Virus record (IMG/VR): IMGVR_UViG_3300032285_000220
Span: 1-53,919 of that record
Origin: a virus
Lineage: Duplodnaviria; Caudoviricetes
Strand: one strand, 5' to 3'
DNA: 53,919 bases
Shown: in pieces, positions 18,465 to 27,875 of the stretch
Numbering within the stretch: position 1 is the first letter of the stretch
Layout of the letters: the number at the start of each line of letters is the position of its first letter
The notes under the pieces: model-generated
The model's input: only the letters and a program-made list of their open reading frames with translations
Told to the model about the DNA's origin: nothing
Databases searched by the model: none
Program-made: the position numbers and the translations under genes

Positions 18465-20264
18465 ATGCCTTTAAATATAACTACAGGTACGATGTCTGCA
18501 CGTGGTTTTGGGATTGTTACTCGAAACTACTATAATTTATCGTTAACAATTTCATCTAATACAACTAGTTATAATGTAAGAACTGCAGCATTAGCTGCTG
18601 GATGGACAGGTAATAATCCTCTAAATTTAACTTTAACTATTAATTCTGGTGTTACAGTATCAGGTACAGGTAACGGTACTTCTGCAGCTTTATTACTTAC
18701 AAGCTTAGTTCCTAAATCAGTTATTACTATTAACAACAATGGTACTATTGTAGGTAGTGCTGGTTCTGCTGGTTATAAAACTTCTAACTCAGGTGCAGAA
18801 AGTTATCCTGGTAACTACACAGGTTCATTTGTAACTCCTACTTTCCCTAACAACTATGGCGGCACAGGTTATCCAACAGGTCCAGGTGCTGGTGGTTCCT
18901 CTCCTGGTTACAACTATTTCTCAGGCGGTACATCACCTAGTGCTGGATCAGGTACTGCTGGTGGTTCTGCTATTTATCTTGCGTCAAATGTTTATTTAGT
19001 AATTAATAATAGTGCTACAGGTATAGTTACAGGTGGCGGTGGCGGTGCTGGTGGACAAGCAGGTAATAATGCTGGTGGTGGTTCTGGTGGTAATGGCGGA
19101 TATTGTATTGAAGAAACAGGCCCACATCAAGCTGTCATTGCTAATAATATAGCTGGTGGTATTATAGCTTCAGGTGGTGGTGGCTCTCCTGGATGGGGTA
19201 ATAGATATGAAGGTGACGGTGTTGGTGGTCGTCCAGGTAATAACGGAATTATTTATCAATTAAATAATGCTAACTATGGAGCTGTTGGAATATCACCAGG
19301 TTTAGCTACAAATAATACAAGCACAACATTAATTAATACAACAGGTCAATTTACATTATCAACTGCAAGTACTGCGGCATTACTTTTCTTATCAAGTACA
19401 ACATGGGTTGCTCCTCCAGGAATTACATCTATATCAGTAACAGCAGGTGCGGCAGGTGGTGGACAAGGTGGTAATTATTTTGATACAGGTCAAACATTAA
19501 GAATAGGTGCTGCAGGTACAGCGGGTCAAGTTGTAGCAGGTACAGTTGCAGTTACACCAGGTCAAACATATACAATTACTATAGGATCAGGTGGTGGATT
19601 TGGTCGAGATAGTTTTTATAGTGCTGTTGGCGGTGCTGGTGGAGCAGGTTATGCTAGTGGTACTTCAGGTACTGCAAATGGTAATGGTTCAGGTGGTGGC
19701 GGTGGCGGTGCAACTGCATTTATATTAAATACTACTGCATTGGTAGTAGCAGCTGGCGGAGCTGGAGGTACAGCTTCAAATGGAACTGGTGGTGGTGGCG
19801 GAGCTGGTGGAGGTTCTAATGTTATACCTTCCGGAGGTTCAGCAACTTTAGGATCTAATGGTGGCGCGGCTTCATCTATAGCTTCCGTTTATAGTGGATC
19901 ATATTCTAATGGTGGAGGTGCAGGACCGCTACAAACAATTCAAACTGCTATCTCAACAACCTATCCATATTTAGCAGATTCATTAGGTGCTGTTACAGGT
20001 GGGGGTAATGACTGGAACTTCCCTATGATTTTATCTGCAGGCACTCTTTTATGGGCAGCAGGTGGTTCAGGTACATTTGTAGATTCAGCTTATTCAACAC
20101 CATATACTACTTTAAATAGCGGTGGATTCTCTATGGGTAGAACTGTATCTGGTATTAACTTTGCTACAGGTGCTACACAAGGTAACGGCGGATCAAGTTA
20201 TAACTTCTATTTCGGATTCACCTACAATAATGGTGGTAATGGATATCTAACTATTACGTATTAA
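18465..20264 (+). CDS. Glycine-rich tail fibre/receptor-binding protein
   Basis: AGGA RBS; INNNGTIVG.AG, GGGGGAGG and TWVAPPGITSISV...VTPGQTYTITIG.GG domains. Confidence 0.65.
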   Translation: MPLNITTGTMSARGFGIVTRNYYNLSLTISSNTTSYNVRTAALAAGWTGNNPLNLTLTINSGVTVSGTGNGTSAALLLTSLVPKSVITINNNGTIVGSAGSAGYKTSNSGAESYPGNYTGSFVTPTFPNNYGGTGYPTGPGAGGSSPGYNYFSGGTSPSAGSGTAGGSAIYLASNVYLVINNSATGIVTGGGGGAGGQAGNNAGGGSGGNGGYCIEETGPHQAVIANNIAGGIIASGGGGSPGWGNRYEGDGVGGRPGNNGIIYQLNNANYGAVGISPGLATNNTSTTLINTTGQFTLSTASTAALLFLSSTTWVAPPGITSISVTAGAAGGGQGGNYFDTGQTLRIGAAGTAGQVVAGTVAVTPGQTYTITIGSGGGFGRDSFYSAVGGAGGAGYASGTSGTANGNGSGGGGGGATAFILNTTALVVAAGGAGGTASNGTGGGGGAGGGSNVIPSGGSATLGSNGGAASSIASVYSGSYSNGGGAGPLQTIQTAISTTYPYLADSLGAVTGGGNDWNFPMILSAGTLLWAAGGSGTFVDSAYSTPYTTLNSGGFSMGRTVSGINFATGATQGNGGSSYNFYFGFTYNNGGNGYLTITY

Positions 20265-20272
20265 GGATTTAT

Positions 20273-20740
20273 ATGAAAAAATTAATTATATTTTTAGTAG
20301 CTTTGTTTTTGATGGGTTGCACCATGTACACTTGGGCTGACACCACTGTAATTCAAAATAAAGGTATGCCAGTACAAAGTGCTATGGCACCAAGTATGTC
20401 TGCGTTCTCACAAGATGTTTGTGCAGTACCAGTTAGTGGTGCGGGTAACTTTGGTGTTGTATCAGTATCAGGCGGTACAGTTATGCTAGATCAAAACTGC
20501 GTTAAAATTAAGTTAGCAAAAACATTAAATGATTTAGGACTTAAAGTGGCTGCAGTATCTGTGCTATGCCAAGATCCAACTGTGTGGGATGCTATGGAAA
20601 TGAGTGGGTCACCTTGCCCTATGGGTGGTGCTGTAGGTGCTGCTGCTAAGAAAGCTTGGTTCACTAAGTATCCTGAAAGGTTTAAAAAATTATATGGCGA
20701 GGATTATAATATTCCTGCTTTGCCTCCTACTAAGGAATAA
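20273..20740 (+). CDS. Exported/periplasmic protein of unknown function (possible lipoprotein)
   Basis: Signal peptide MKKLIIFLVALFLMGC (lipobox-like LMGC, or SPase I site TWA-D); four further Cys; AAGGA RBS. Confidence 0.65.
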   Translation: MKKLIIFLVALFLMGCTMYTWADTTVIQNKGMPVQSAMAPSMSAFSQDVCAVPVSGAGNFGVVSVSGGTVMLDQNCVKIKLAKTLNDLGLKVAAVSVLCQDPTVWDAMEMSGSPCPMGGAVGAAAKKAWFTKYPERFKKLYGEDYNIPALPPTKE

Positions 20741-21884
20741 TGCATATGCATATTGTTACGCGAATCAGTGGGCGAGTTATGGGCCTGTATTCTCAAGTCT
20801 TGGCGTTACTCAAGGCACTACTATGCAAGCTTGTCAACAACTTGCGTGCCAAATATATCCAGGTATTCCAGAGTGTGGCATGTTTTTACAACCAGCCTGC
20901 TCAAATCAAACTGAGTATCAGTCGCTTAGTTGCCAACCTCATTATTCAGGCGCAGTTAATCAAAGCAGGACTTATACATGTTCTTCACAGAGTTGGGGAC
21001 CTTGGACAACAACTTCTAACAATTGCACACCAGATCCTCCAACGTGTCAAAGCTCTTTTTCAACGAGGACACTAAGTTGCCAACCGCATTTTTCAGGACT
21101 TATATCACAGACAAATACGGTAACGTGTCCAGACCCGTATGGATCTCCTGTAGAAACAGGGTACATAACTACATCAAATTCATGCGCACCCGATCCGGCT
21201 ACGTGCAGTCCATCAGTGCAAACTCAGTCAGTAGCATGTCCAGTGGGTTACAATGGTACAATAATACAAAATCGTTCTTCAAGTTGCTCGGATCCATATG
21301 GTTCGCCAACATGGACATCATGGTCGACAACGTCAGATACTTGCACGATGACAGCGACGAACTTAAACAACCCAACATCGCCAATAAGTCCGATCAGTCC
21401 AACGAATCCGAACTCGGTGATAAGCAAGTCAATGGCGACTGTGGAATCTGTAACGGTACAAGACCTAACTGCTACTGCACCTACCCCATCAACAACAAGT
21501 GTGGATACACCAAAATCAGAAAGTCAATCTGGGACAGCAACGACTTCAACAAGTCAACAGGCAAACGGTACTACGACGACATCGGGTACCGATAAGAAAG
21601 AAAATATAAAAGCCCCAGACGTACCAAAGGGCAAAGATTTAGTACCAGGATTTGGCATAGTAATGTCTATGCAGCTTTTAAACTCAGGCTACAACCTGCA
21701 GCAAGAACAAATGAAAGAATATATTAATTTAATACAGGAACAAGAATATGGACAACAACAAAACATACTCCTTGAATTTATCAGCGCAAATGATACTGGG
21801 AATTCTATTTTCAATACTAGTGCCATTAGGTGGCGCGGTTTACTACGGGATAACCCTCTTCAACGATTTGACCTCGACGATTGA
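20694..21884 (+). CDS. Exported Cys-rich repeat protein
   Basis: Probable start MARIIIFLLCLLLRNNAYA (signal peptide); three ~50-aa 4-Cys repeats; S/T/P-rich linker. Confidence 0.65.
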   Translation: MARIIIFLLCLLLRNNAYAYCYANQWASYGPVFSSLGVTQGTTMQACQQLACQIYPGIPECGMFLQPACSNQTEYQSLSCQPHYSGAVNQSRTYTCSSQSWGPWTTTSNNCTPDPPTCQSSFSTRTLSCQPHFSGLISQTNTVTCPDPYGSPVETGYITTSNSCAPDPATCSPSVQTQSVACPVGYNGTIIQNRSSSCSDPYGSPTWTSWSTTSDTCTMTATNLNNPTSPISPISPTNPNSVISKSMATVESVTVQDLTATAPTPSTTSVDTPKSESQSGTATTSTSQQANGTTTTSGTDKKENIKAPDVPKGKDLVPGFGIVMSMQLLNSGYNLQQEQMKEYINLIQEQEYGQQQNILLEFISANDTGNSIFNTSAIRWRGLLRDNPLQRFDLDD

Positions 21885-22143
21885 GGAAGTAAAAAAGATG
21901 AGCTCAGTTGAGACTCGCATCGTAGTATTAGAAGATAGATCTAAATCAGTAGAACGTCAATTAGTTGATGTGATGATGTCTAACAATAGATCTCTTGAAA
22001 AAGCTAATGAAGCTTATGGTAAAGCCATTGAAGCAAACAGTGTTGCTAAAAGTACTGCAGATAAAGTTGTAGATACCGTAACTAATGTTAAAGACGAAAT
22101 GAAACAATTAAGAAAGGCAATGGTTAATCCATTGAATAACTAA
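21748..22143 (+). CDS. Membrane-anchored coiled-coil protein
   Basis: AGGA RBS; one TM helix (MILGILFSILVPLGGAVYYGI), then heptad-rich helix ending NPLNN; overlaps the previous gene by 137 nt. Confidence 0.65.
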   Translation: MDNNKTYSLNLSAQMILGILFSILVPLGGAVYYGITLFNDLTSTIEEVKKMSSVETRIVVLEDRSKSVERQLVDVMMSNNRSLEKANEAYGKAIEANSVAKSTADKVVDTVTNVKDEMKQLRKAMVNPLNN

Positions 22144-22144
22144 T

Positions 22145-22630
22145 ATGCTATCTATACTATCATCTATATTAGGCTTTGCTACAGCAGGTCTACCTAGCAT
22201 ACTAGGTTTCTTCCAACAAAAGGGGGATCAAAAACATGAAAAAGAAATGGCTCAGTTGCAAATGCAACAACAAATGGCTATGGCTGAGAAAGGTTTTCAA
22301 TCTCAAGAAAAACAAGCTGAAATTGCTTTGGAGGGTACATATGCAGAAACATTTGCTCAAGAACGTCAAGCTTTGTATGAACACGATGCTAAATTGGTGC
22401 ATGATGCTGCACCTTGGGTTAGAACTCTTAATGCCTCTGTCCGTCCTCTTGTTGCTTTCATTTTTGTAGGCTTATTATTATTTGTAGATATTGGCGGTTT
22501 TATTTGGGCAGTTAAAACTGTAGGCTTTAGTGCAGAAGCTATGGATGTAATCTTCTCTAATGATGAAATGGCAATTGTATCATCCATTATTGGATTTTAC
22601 TTTGGCGCTAGAACTTGGGAAAAGAAATAA
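22145..22630 (+). CDS. Putative holin (3-TM type)
   Basis: Hydrophobic N-terminus, ASVRP.V motif, two further TM segments, IIGFYFGAR C-terminus; immediately before the lysozyme. Confidence 0.6.
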   Translation: MLSILSSILGFATAGLPSILGFFQQKGDQKHEKEMAQLQMQQQMAMAEKGFQSQEKQAEIALEGTYAETFAQERQALYEHDAKLVHDAAPWVRTLNASVRPLVAFIFVGLLLFVDIGGFIWAVKTVGFSAEAMDVIFSNDEMAIVSSIIGFYFGARTWEKK

Positions 22631-23080
22631 GTGAATGTATCAAAAGCTGGTATTGCTCTTATCAAACATCATGAAGGCGTTCGTAATAGGCCTTACCGTG
22701 ACTGTATTGGGCTTTGGACTGTGGGTGTTGGTCATCTCATCGGGGATGGTAAATCATTGCCTGAATCTTGGAACAAGACTTTTACAACGGAGGAAGTAGA
22801 TGCAATTCTTAGAACCGATTTACGTCGCTTCGAGCTTGGAGTATCTAAGATGTTACCTAACGTGCCTCTTAGACAGTGTGAGTTCGATTGCCTTGTATCT
22901 TTTGCCTTTAACGTTGGCTTGGGTACATTTCAGCGGTCAACACTCCGTCAGGCGCTTCTTCGCGGGGATAAAACGCAAGCTATGGAATCGTTAGTGAAAT
23001 ATTGCCGTGCAGGTGGTAAAATAGTCAAAGGATTACAAACTCGTCGTTTGGACGAAAAAGCTCTTTTTGAAGGTAAATAA
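22631..23080 (+). CDS. Endolysin, phage lysozyme (GH24)
   Basis: IKHHEG..RPYRD..G.WTVGVGH catalytic E-D-T motif; FDCLVSFAFNVG; GL.TRR..E..LF. Confidence 0.9.
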   Translation: MNVSKAGIALIKHHEGVRNRPYRDCIGLWTVGVGHLIGDGKSLPESWNKTFTTEEVDAILRTDLRRFELGVSKMLPNVPLRQCEFDCLVSFAFNVGLGTFQRSTLRQALLRGDKTQAMESLVKYCRAGGKIVKGLQTRRLDEKALFEGK

Positions 23081-25068
23081 TGCCATTAAGTAAATTAGTA
23101 TTCAAACCAGGTATTAATAAAGATCAGACTAACTATGCATCTGAGGGTGGATGGTATTCAATGCAGTTGGCTAGATTTAGATCAGGCTTTCCTGAAAAGT
23201 TTGGTGGCTGGACTGTATCTAATTTAAATAGATATACGGATTCTGCGCGTGGTATTTTTTCTTGGTCTACAACTGATGGAGCTAATCTTTTAGGGATTGG
23301 TACTAACTCTAGAATTTATGTAGGTGCAGGTACAACACTTTATGACATTACACCTATTCGTACAACTTACACTCACGCCACAACGCCTACTACTGATAAT
23401 TGTATAGGTACTACAAATGGTTCTAAATCTGTAACTGTTACTATTATAGGACATGGTGCTACAGTAGCTACATGGATAGATCTTAGTGGTATTGTAGGTA
23501 CAGGTTCTCCACAAAAAATTGGTGGAATTCCAATTACTGAAATGAATACTTCAGTACAAATTACAGAAGTTATTGATTCAAATTCATTTAAATTTCTTGC
23601 TACCACAACTGCTACATCCACTACAACAGGACAAGGTGGTACAGCAATTACTGCAGTGTTTTATATGAACGCAGGATATCCAGTTACAACAGCTGGTTAT
23701 GGTTGGGGTACATCAACTTGGGGTCGATCAACTTGGGGTTCAGGATCTACTATTCCTATCTTTGCACCTGTACGATTAGTGTTTATGGATAAGTTTAATA
23801 ATGATTTATTATTCAATACTCAATATGATACTGTATCAGGAGTTGGGGGAGATATTTATTACTGGGTATATAATACTTCATTCAGTTATAAAGCTGTATT
23901 ATTAAGTTCATTACCCGGTGCAGTAGCTGTACCTCAAAAAGTTCAAAAGATTTTATTTGCACCTCAAGGATATTTATTTGCTTTTGGTTGCACTAATTAT
24001 GATCCAACCGCACCTGCACCTGATTACTTAGGATCATACGACCCATTACTTATTCGTTGGTCTAATGTTGATCCAGATATTGGTCCTGAACCTGAAAACT
24101 GGGAACCTACTCTTCTTAATACTGCAGGATTTTTAAGATTACAATCGGGTTCAAGAATTGTTACTGCAATTAATACACGACAAGAAACACTTGTATTTAC
24201 TAACTTATCTCTTACTTCTATTCAATTTTTAGGTACAAACGAAGTATTTGGGTTACAAGAATTATCACATAACATTTCTATCATTGGTCCAAATGCAGTG
24301 GTAGGTTCTAATAATATTACTTATTGGATGGGGCGTGATAGATTCTATACATACTCTGGTCGTGTAGATACTTTACCTTGTACATTACGTCAATATATAT
24401 TTACTGATCTTAACTATACACAAAGTGCGCTTATTTTTTCAGGTATCAATAATAAATTTACAGAAGTTATTTGGTTCTATCCTTCAGAAAACTCTAGTGA
24501 AATTAATCGTTATGTTGTATTTAATTACCTTGAAAACATTTGGTATTATGGTCAACTAGAAAGAACTGCATGGATTGATTCTGGCGTATTTAATAACCCT
24601 GTTGGATTAGATAATGGCTGGGTATACCAACATGAAAATGGTACTGATGATGGACAACCATTAGGCGCACCTCCATTACCTATTACATCTTATATTCAAT
24701 CTGCTGATGTTGATATTGATGACGGAGATAAATACATGTTATTACGTCGTGTTATTCCCGATGTTAACTTTGTGGGTTCTGAAACAGCTAATCCTGTAAC
24801 GGGTGCTGCAATAGTACCACAAGCTACTATTACTGTAGGCGTACGTAATTTTCCAGGAGCTTCAGTATCAACTACGAATGAAGAAGGTCAAACAACCGCT
24901 GCTGATGTAGTTACTGCTACAGCAACAATTGACCAATATACAAACCAAGTATTTATTCGTGCAAGAGGTCGTCAAATGAGTTTTAAAATTTCATCTGATA
25001 CAATAGGTACTCAATGGCAACTAGGTTTACCAAGAGTTGATGCAAGACCCGATGGAACGAGAAACTAA
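23080..25068 (+). CDS. Tail tubular protein B / P22 gp10-like DNA-stabilisation protein
   Basis: MPL.KL.FKPGINK...RFRSG.PEK.GGW N-terminus; beta-propeller-like IRWS, YWMG, EVIWFYPS segments; RARGRQM C-terminus. Confidence 0.6.
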   Translation: MPLSKLVFKPGINKDQTNYASEGGWYSMQLARFRSGFPEKFGGWTVSNLNRYTDSARGIFSWSTTDGANLLGIGTNSRIYVGAGTTLYDITPIRTTYTHATTPTTDNCIGTTNGSKSVTVTIIGHGATVATWIDLSGIVGTGSPQKIGGIPITEMNTSVQITEVIDSNSFKFLATTTATSTTTGQGGTAITAVFYMNAGYPVTTAGYGWGTSTWGRSTWGSGSTIPIFAPVRLVFMDKFNNDLLFNTQYDTVSGVGGDIYYWVYNTSFSYKAVLLSSLPGAVAVPQKVQKILFAPQGYLFAFGCTNYDPTAPAPDYLGSYDPLLIRWSNVDPDIGPEPENWEPTLLNTAGFLRLQSGSRIVTAINTRQETLVFTNLSLTSIQFLGTNEVFGLQELSHNISIIGPNAVVGSNNITYWMGRDRFYTYSGRVDTLPCTLRQYIFTDLNYTQSALIFSGINNKFTEVIWFYPSENSSEINRYVVFNYLENIWYYGQLERTAWIDSGVFNNPVGLDNGWVYQHENGTDDGQPLGAPPLPITSYIQSADVDIDDGDKYMLLRRVIPDVNFVGSETANPVTGAAIVPQATITVGVRNFPGASVSTTNEEGQTTAADVVTATATIDQYTNQVFIRARGRQMSFKISSDTIGTQWQLGLPRVDARPDGTRN

Positions 25069-25739
25069 TGTCTAATAATAATATTGCAAATGTAAAAGCG
25101 CCTAAAGCTCCTAACTTACCTATTCCAACAATTTCATATAGCCAAACATATTTTGAAGTTTTAACTAATGTACTTCGTTTATATTTTAATCAGCTTGATA
25201 AGTACACAGCAGCTTTAACCACCCCTGATATTGGATATTATTTAAATCAACCTTATGGGGGTTTTTCTGATAATACAACACAAACTATAGCAGTTATTAA
25301 TACAGCTCAAGCTATAACATTTAATACAACTGATATTAGTGATGGGCCGCAGTTTACTGGAGGTCAACCTGATATTTATATTGATCCCGTGCATACATCT
25401 AGAATAGTTATTCTATATCCTGGTGTTTATAACTTTCAATTTTCTTTGCAGATAGAAAGTACTAATGCAAGTGCTAAGACTGTATATGTATGGCCTCGTC
25501 TAAATGGTATAAATCCAGGCGTAAGTAATTCTGCAACAAAAATAACTTTATCAGGTAGTAATAGTTTTCAAGTATTAGCTTGGAACTTTGTTTTAGAAAC
25601 ATTTGTATCAGGTGAATATTTTGAGTTGTTATGGGCAGCCGATAGTCTTAATGTACGATTAGTAGCTGATCCTGCACCCGCTGCTTATTGCCCTGCAATT
25701 CCATCAGCAATTTTAACGGTAACACACGCATCTGCGTAA
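25068..25739 (+). CDS. Tail-associated structural protein
   Basis: APNLP...LRLYFNQLD N-terminus; C-terminal jelly-roll-like GVYNFQFSLQ...AWNFV...PAIPSAILTV. Confidence 0.55.
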   Translation: MSNNNIANVKAPKAPNLPIPTISYSQTYFEVLTNVLRLYFNQLDKYTAALTTPDIGYYLNQPYGGFSDNTTQTIAVINTAQAITFNTTDISDGPQFTGGQPDIYIDPVHTSRIVILYPGVYNFQFSLQIESTNASAKTVYVWPRLNGINPGVSNSATKITLSGSNSFQVLAWNFVLETFVSGEYFELLWAADSLNVRLVADPAPAAYCPAIPSAILTVTHASA

Positions 25740-25779
25740 GATTTATGATATTATTAGACAAAATTAAGGACTTTTCTTT

Positions 25780-27465
25780 ATGGCATATCAATCACCCCAA
25801 GGTTTAGCATCATTAGGTCGCAATGGCGACTCAATGCTTGTTCACATGAGCCCTTCAGAAGTAGCTGGACTTCAAGGTTTAGCTATGGCACAGGGTGGTT
25901 CATTAACTGTAAACCCACATACAGGTCTTCCAGAAGCATTTAGTTTAGGTGGTTTCTTTAAATCATTACTCCCTACAGTAGTAGGTGGCATTGCTTCTAT
26001 GATTCCTGGGTTACAATTTGCCTCATATCCTATGCTTACAGGTATTTTAGCTGGTTCTGCTACAGGGGCTTTAACAAACAAAAATAAATTATTAGGTGCT
26101 GTAACTGGTGGCTTAGGTGGTTATAGCGGTGCTGGTATCATGAATGCAGCTAAAGCTGCAGGTGCTGCAATGCCAGGTGCTACTGAAGCTGCTAACATAG
26201 CTTCTAATACTCCATATCAAGGTGGTTGGGTAAATCCTGAAACTGCTACAGGTGCTGGTTTTGGAGGTTCTGCAACTACAGGTGCTGACTTAGCTCAAAA
26301 TAATGCTATTCTAAATAATGCTACCTCTTCAGGTATGGTTAATTCAGGTATTTCTGGAGCCTCTGCAGGTACTGATATTGAAAAAGCATTGGCTCAAGGT
26401 AGACCGATTGGTATGGCTAATATTAATAACTATACTGCTTCAGTTAAACCAGATATTACTTTTGGTCAAAATATGTCACAAGCAGGTCAAGGTGCTCTAG
26501 GCGCTGTTACAGGTAATCAAGCTGCATTAGACGCATATACTAAAGCTATTGGTGCTGAGTCTGCTATGGGTGCTTTAGGTAAAACAGCATTACCATTTGC
26601 AGGTGCAGCTGTTACAGGTGGTTTAGAACCATCTGATTTATATGGTACACCTGTTCAAACATCATCTAAAGAAGAAAAATATGATCCTTATTCAAGATTA
26701 AATCTAGGTAATGACACAGGCCTTCGTTTAGTTGCTAAAGGTGGAGAAATTAAATCATACGCTTTAGGTGGTCCTGTAGGTAATCCATCAGTAGCAGGGG
26801 GTTTATCTGATTTATACAACAGACCTGAGGGCCAAACACTAGAAAACATTTCACAAGATGGTTATGGTATTGGCAGATTAAACACATTAGCTGAACAAGA
26901 ATCTTTACAGAATGCCAAAACATTAGGATATGCAGAAGGTGGTATAGCTGATTTACAATTAAAAGACCCATCTGCAACACCAGAACAAGGAGTTACCCCT
27001 GAAGCATCAGTAATGAATGAAGCTGTTAAAACACAAGCACATGAAAATGAAATGAATAAGCTAGGTCTTAATGCTTTAGGTGCTAATATGCCTACTAATA
27101 ATTATGCGCCTGGTTCATTAGCTACTATTGCTAACGCTATGAAAAATCAACCTGTAGCTCCTGAAGCAGCTTTTGTACAAAATTTAACAGCGGCTAGAAC
27201 GGGTTATGCTAGAGGCGGTTATTTAGATGGCGCTGGTGATGGCATGAGTGATTCAATTCCTGCTACAATAGAAGGTAAACAACCTGCTCGTTTAGCAGAT
27301 GGTGAGTTTGTAATCCCTGCAGATGTAGTAAGTCATATTGGTAATGGCTCTACTAAAGCAGGCTCAAAACGTTTATACTCTATGTTAGACAGAGTTAGAA
27401 AAGCAAGAACTGGTCATACTAAACAAGGTAAACAAATTAAACCTGAAAAATACATGCCTGCATGA
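25780..27465 (+). CDS. Internal virion/ejection protein
   Basis: GRNGDSMLVHMSP.EV..L...GGSLTVNP.TGLPEA N-terminus; Gly/Ala hydrophobic helices; C-terminal GAGDGMSDSIPA...LADGEFV domain. Confidence 0.6.
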   Translation: MAYQSPQGLASLGRNGDSMLVHMSPSEVAGLQGLAMAQGGSLTVNPHTGLPEAFSLGGFFKSLLPTVVGGIASMIPGLQFASYPMLTGILAGSATGALTNKNKLLGAVTGGLGGYSGAGIMNAAKAAGAAMPGATEAANIASNTPYQGGWVNPETATGAGFGGSATTGADLAQNNAILNNATSSGMVNSGISGASAGTDIEKALAQGRPIGMANINNYTASVKPDITFGQNMSQAGQGALGAVTGNQAALDAYTKAIGAESAMGALGKTALPFAGAAVTGGLEPSDLYGTPVQTSSKEEKYDPYSRLNLGNDTGLRLVAKGGEIKSYALGGPVGNPSVAGGLSDLYNRPEGQTLENISQDGYGIGRLNTLAEQESLQNAKTLGYAEGGIADLQLKDPSATPEQGVTPEASVMNEAVKTQAHENEMNKLGLNALGANMPTNNYAPGSLATIANAMKNQPVAPEAAFVQNLTAARTGYARGGYLDGAGDGMSDSIPATIEGKQPARLADGEFVIPADVVSHIGNGSTKAGSKRLYSMLDRVRKARTGHTKQGKQIKPEKYMPA

Positions 27466-27875
27466 ATACAGTTAAAGTAGTAGCACCAAACTTTATATAT
27501 GATGTTTGGAATGATGTTGAAAGTTATTTAAACGCTTCAATTAACGTAAGCGGTGGTGACTTTACATTAGACCAATTAAAATTTAGTTTGGGAAGGGGCG
27601 AACAAACGCTTTTAGTTTCAGTTAATGAACAAAATAAAATTAACGGAGCTATGACCGTAGAGTTTACTAATCTCCCTAATGACAGAGTTATGTTTATAAC
27701 TGCATTAGGTGGTAATGGAATTGTGAATGATGAAACGTTTAGCCAAGTAGAATCATGGGCTAAATCGCAAGGTGCTACCAAAGCAAGCGCATGGGCACAA
27801 GAAACTCAAGCAAGACTTTATAAAATAAAAGCAAACTTTAATACCGTTAGAATGGTTGTGGAGAAAGACTTATGA
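27462..27875 (+). CDS. Hypothetical protein (possible GNAT-like fold)
   Basis: Sits between ejection genes; FITALGG...VESWAKSQGATK pattern. The fold call is weak. Confidence 0.45.
   Translation: MNTVKVVAPNFIYDVWNDVESYLNASINVSGGDFTLDQLKFSLGRGEQTLLVSVNEQNKINGAMTVEFTNLPNDRVMFITALGGNGIVNDETFSQVESWAKSQGATKASAWAQETQARLYKIKANFNTVRMVVEKDL

Noticed and set aside
9962-20264. Gly-rich proteins as RTX, collagen or PE-PGRS genes
   Set aside because: There is no GGxGxDxL nonapeptide or Gly-X-Y periodicity, and the context is phage tail fibres.
20740-21075. 111-aa +1-frame ORF starting at TAATG
   Set aside because: The +1 frame is expected to stay open over a Cys/Ser/Thr-rich sequence; the frame with a signal peptide and Cys repeats is much more convincing.
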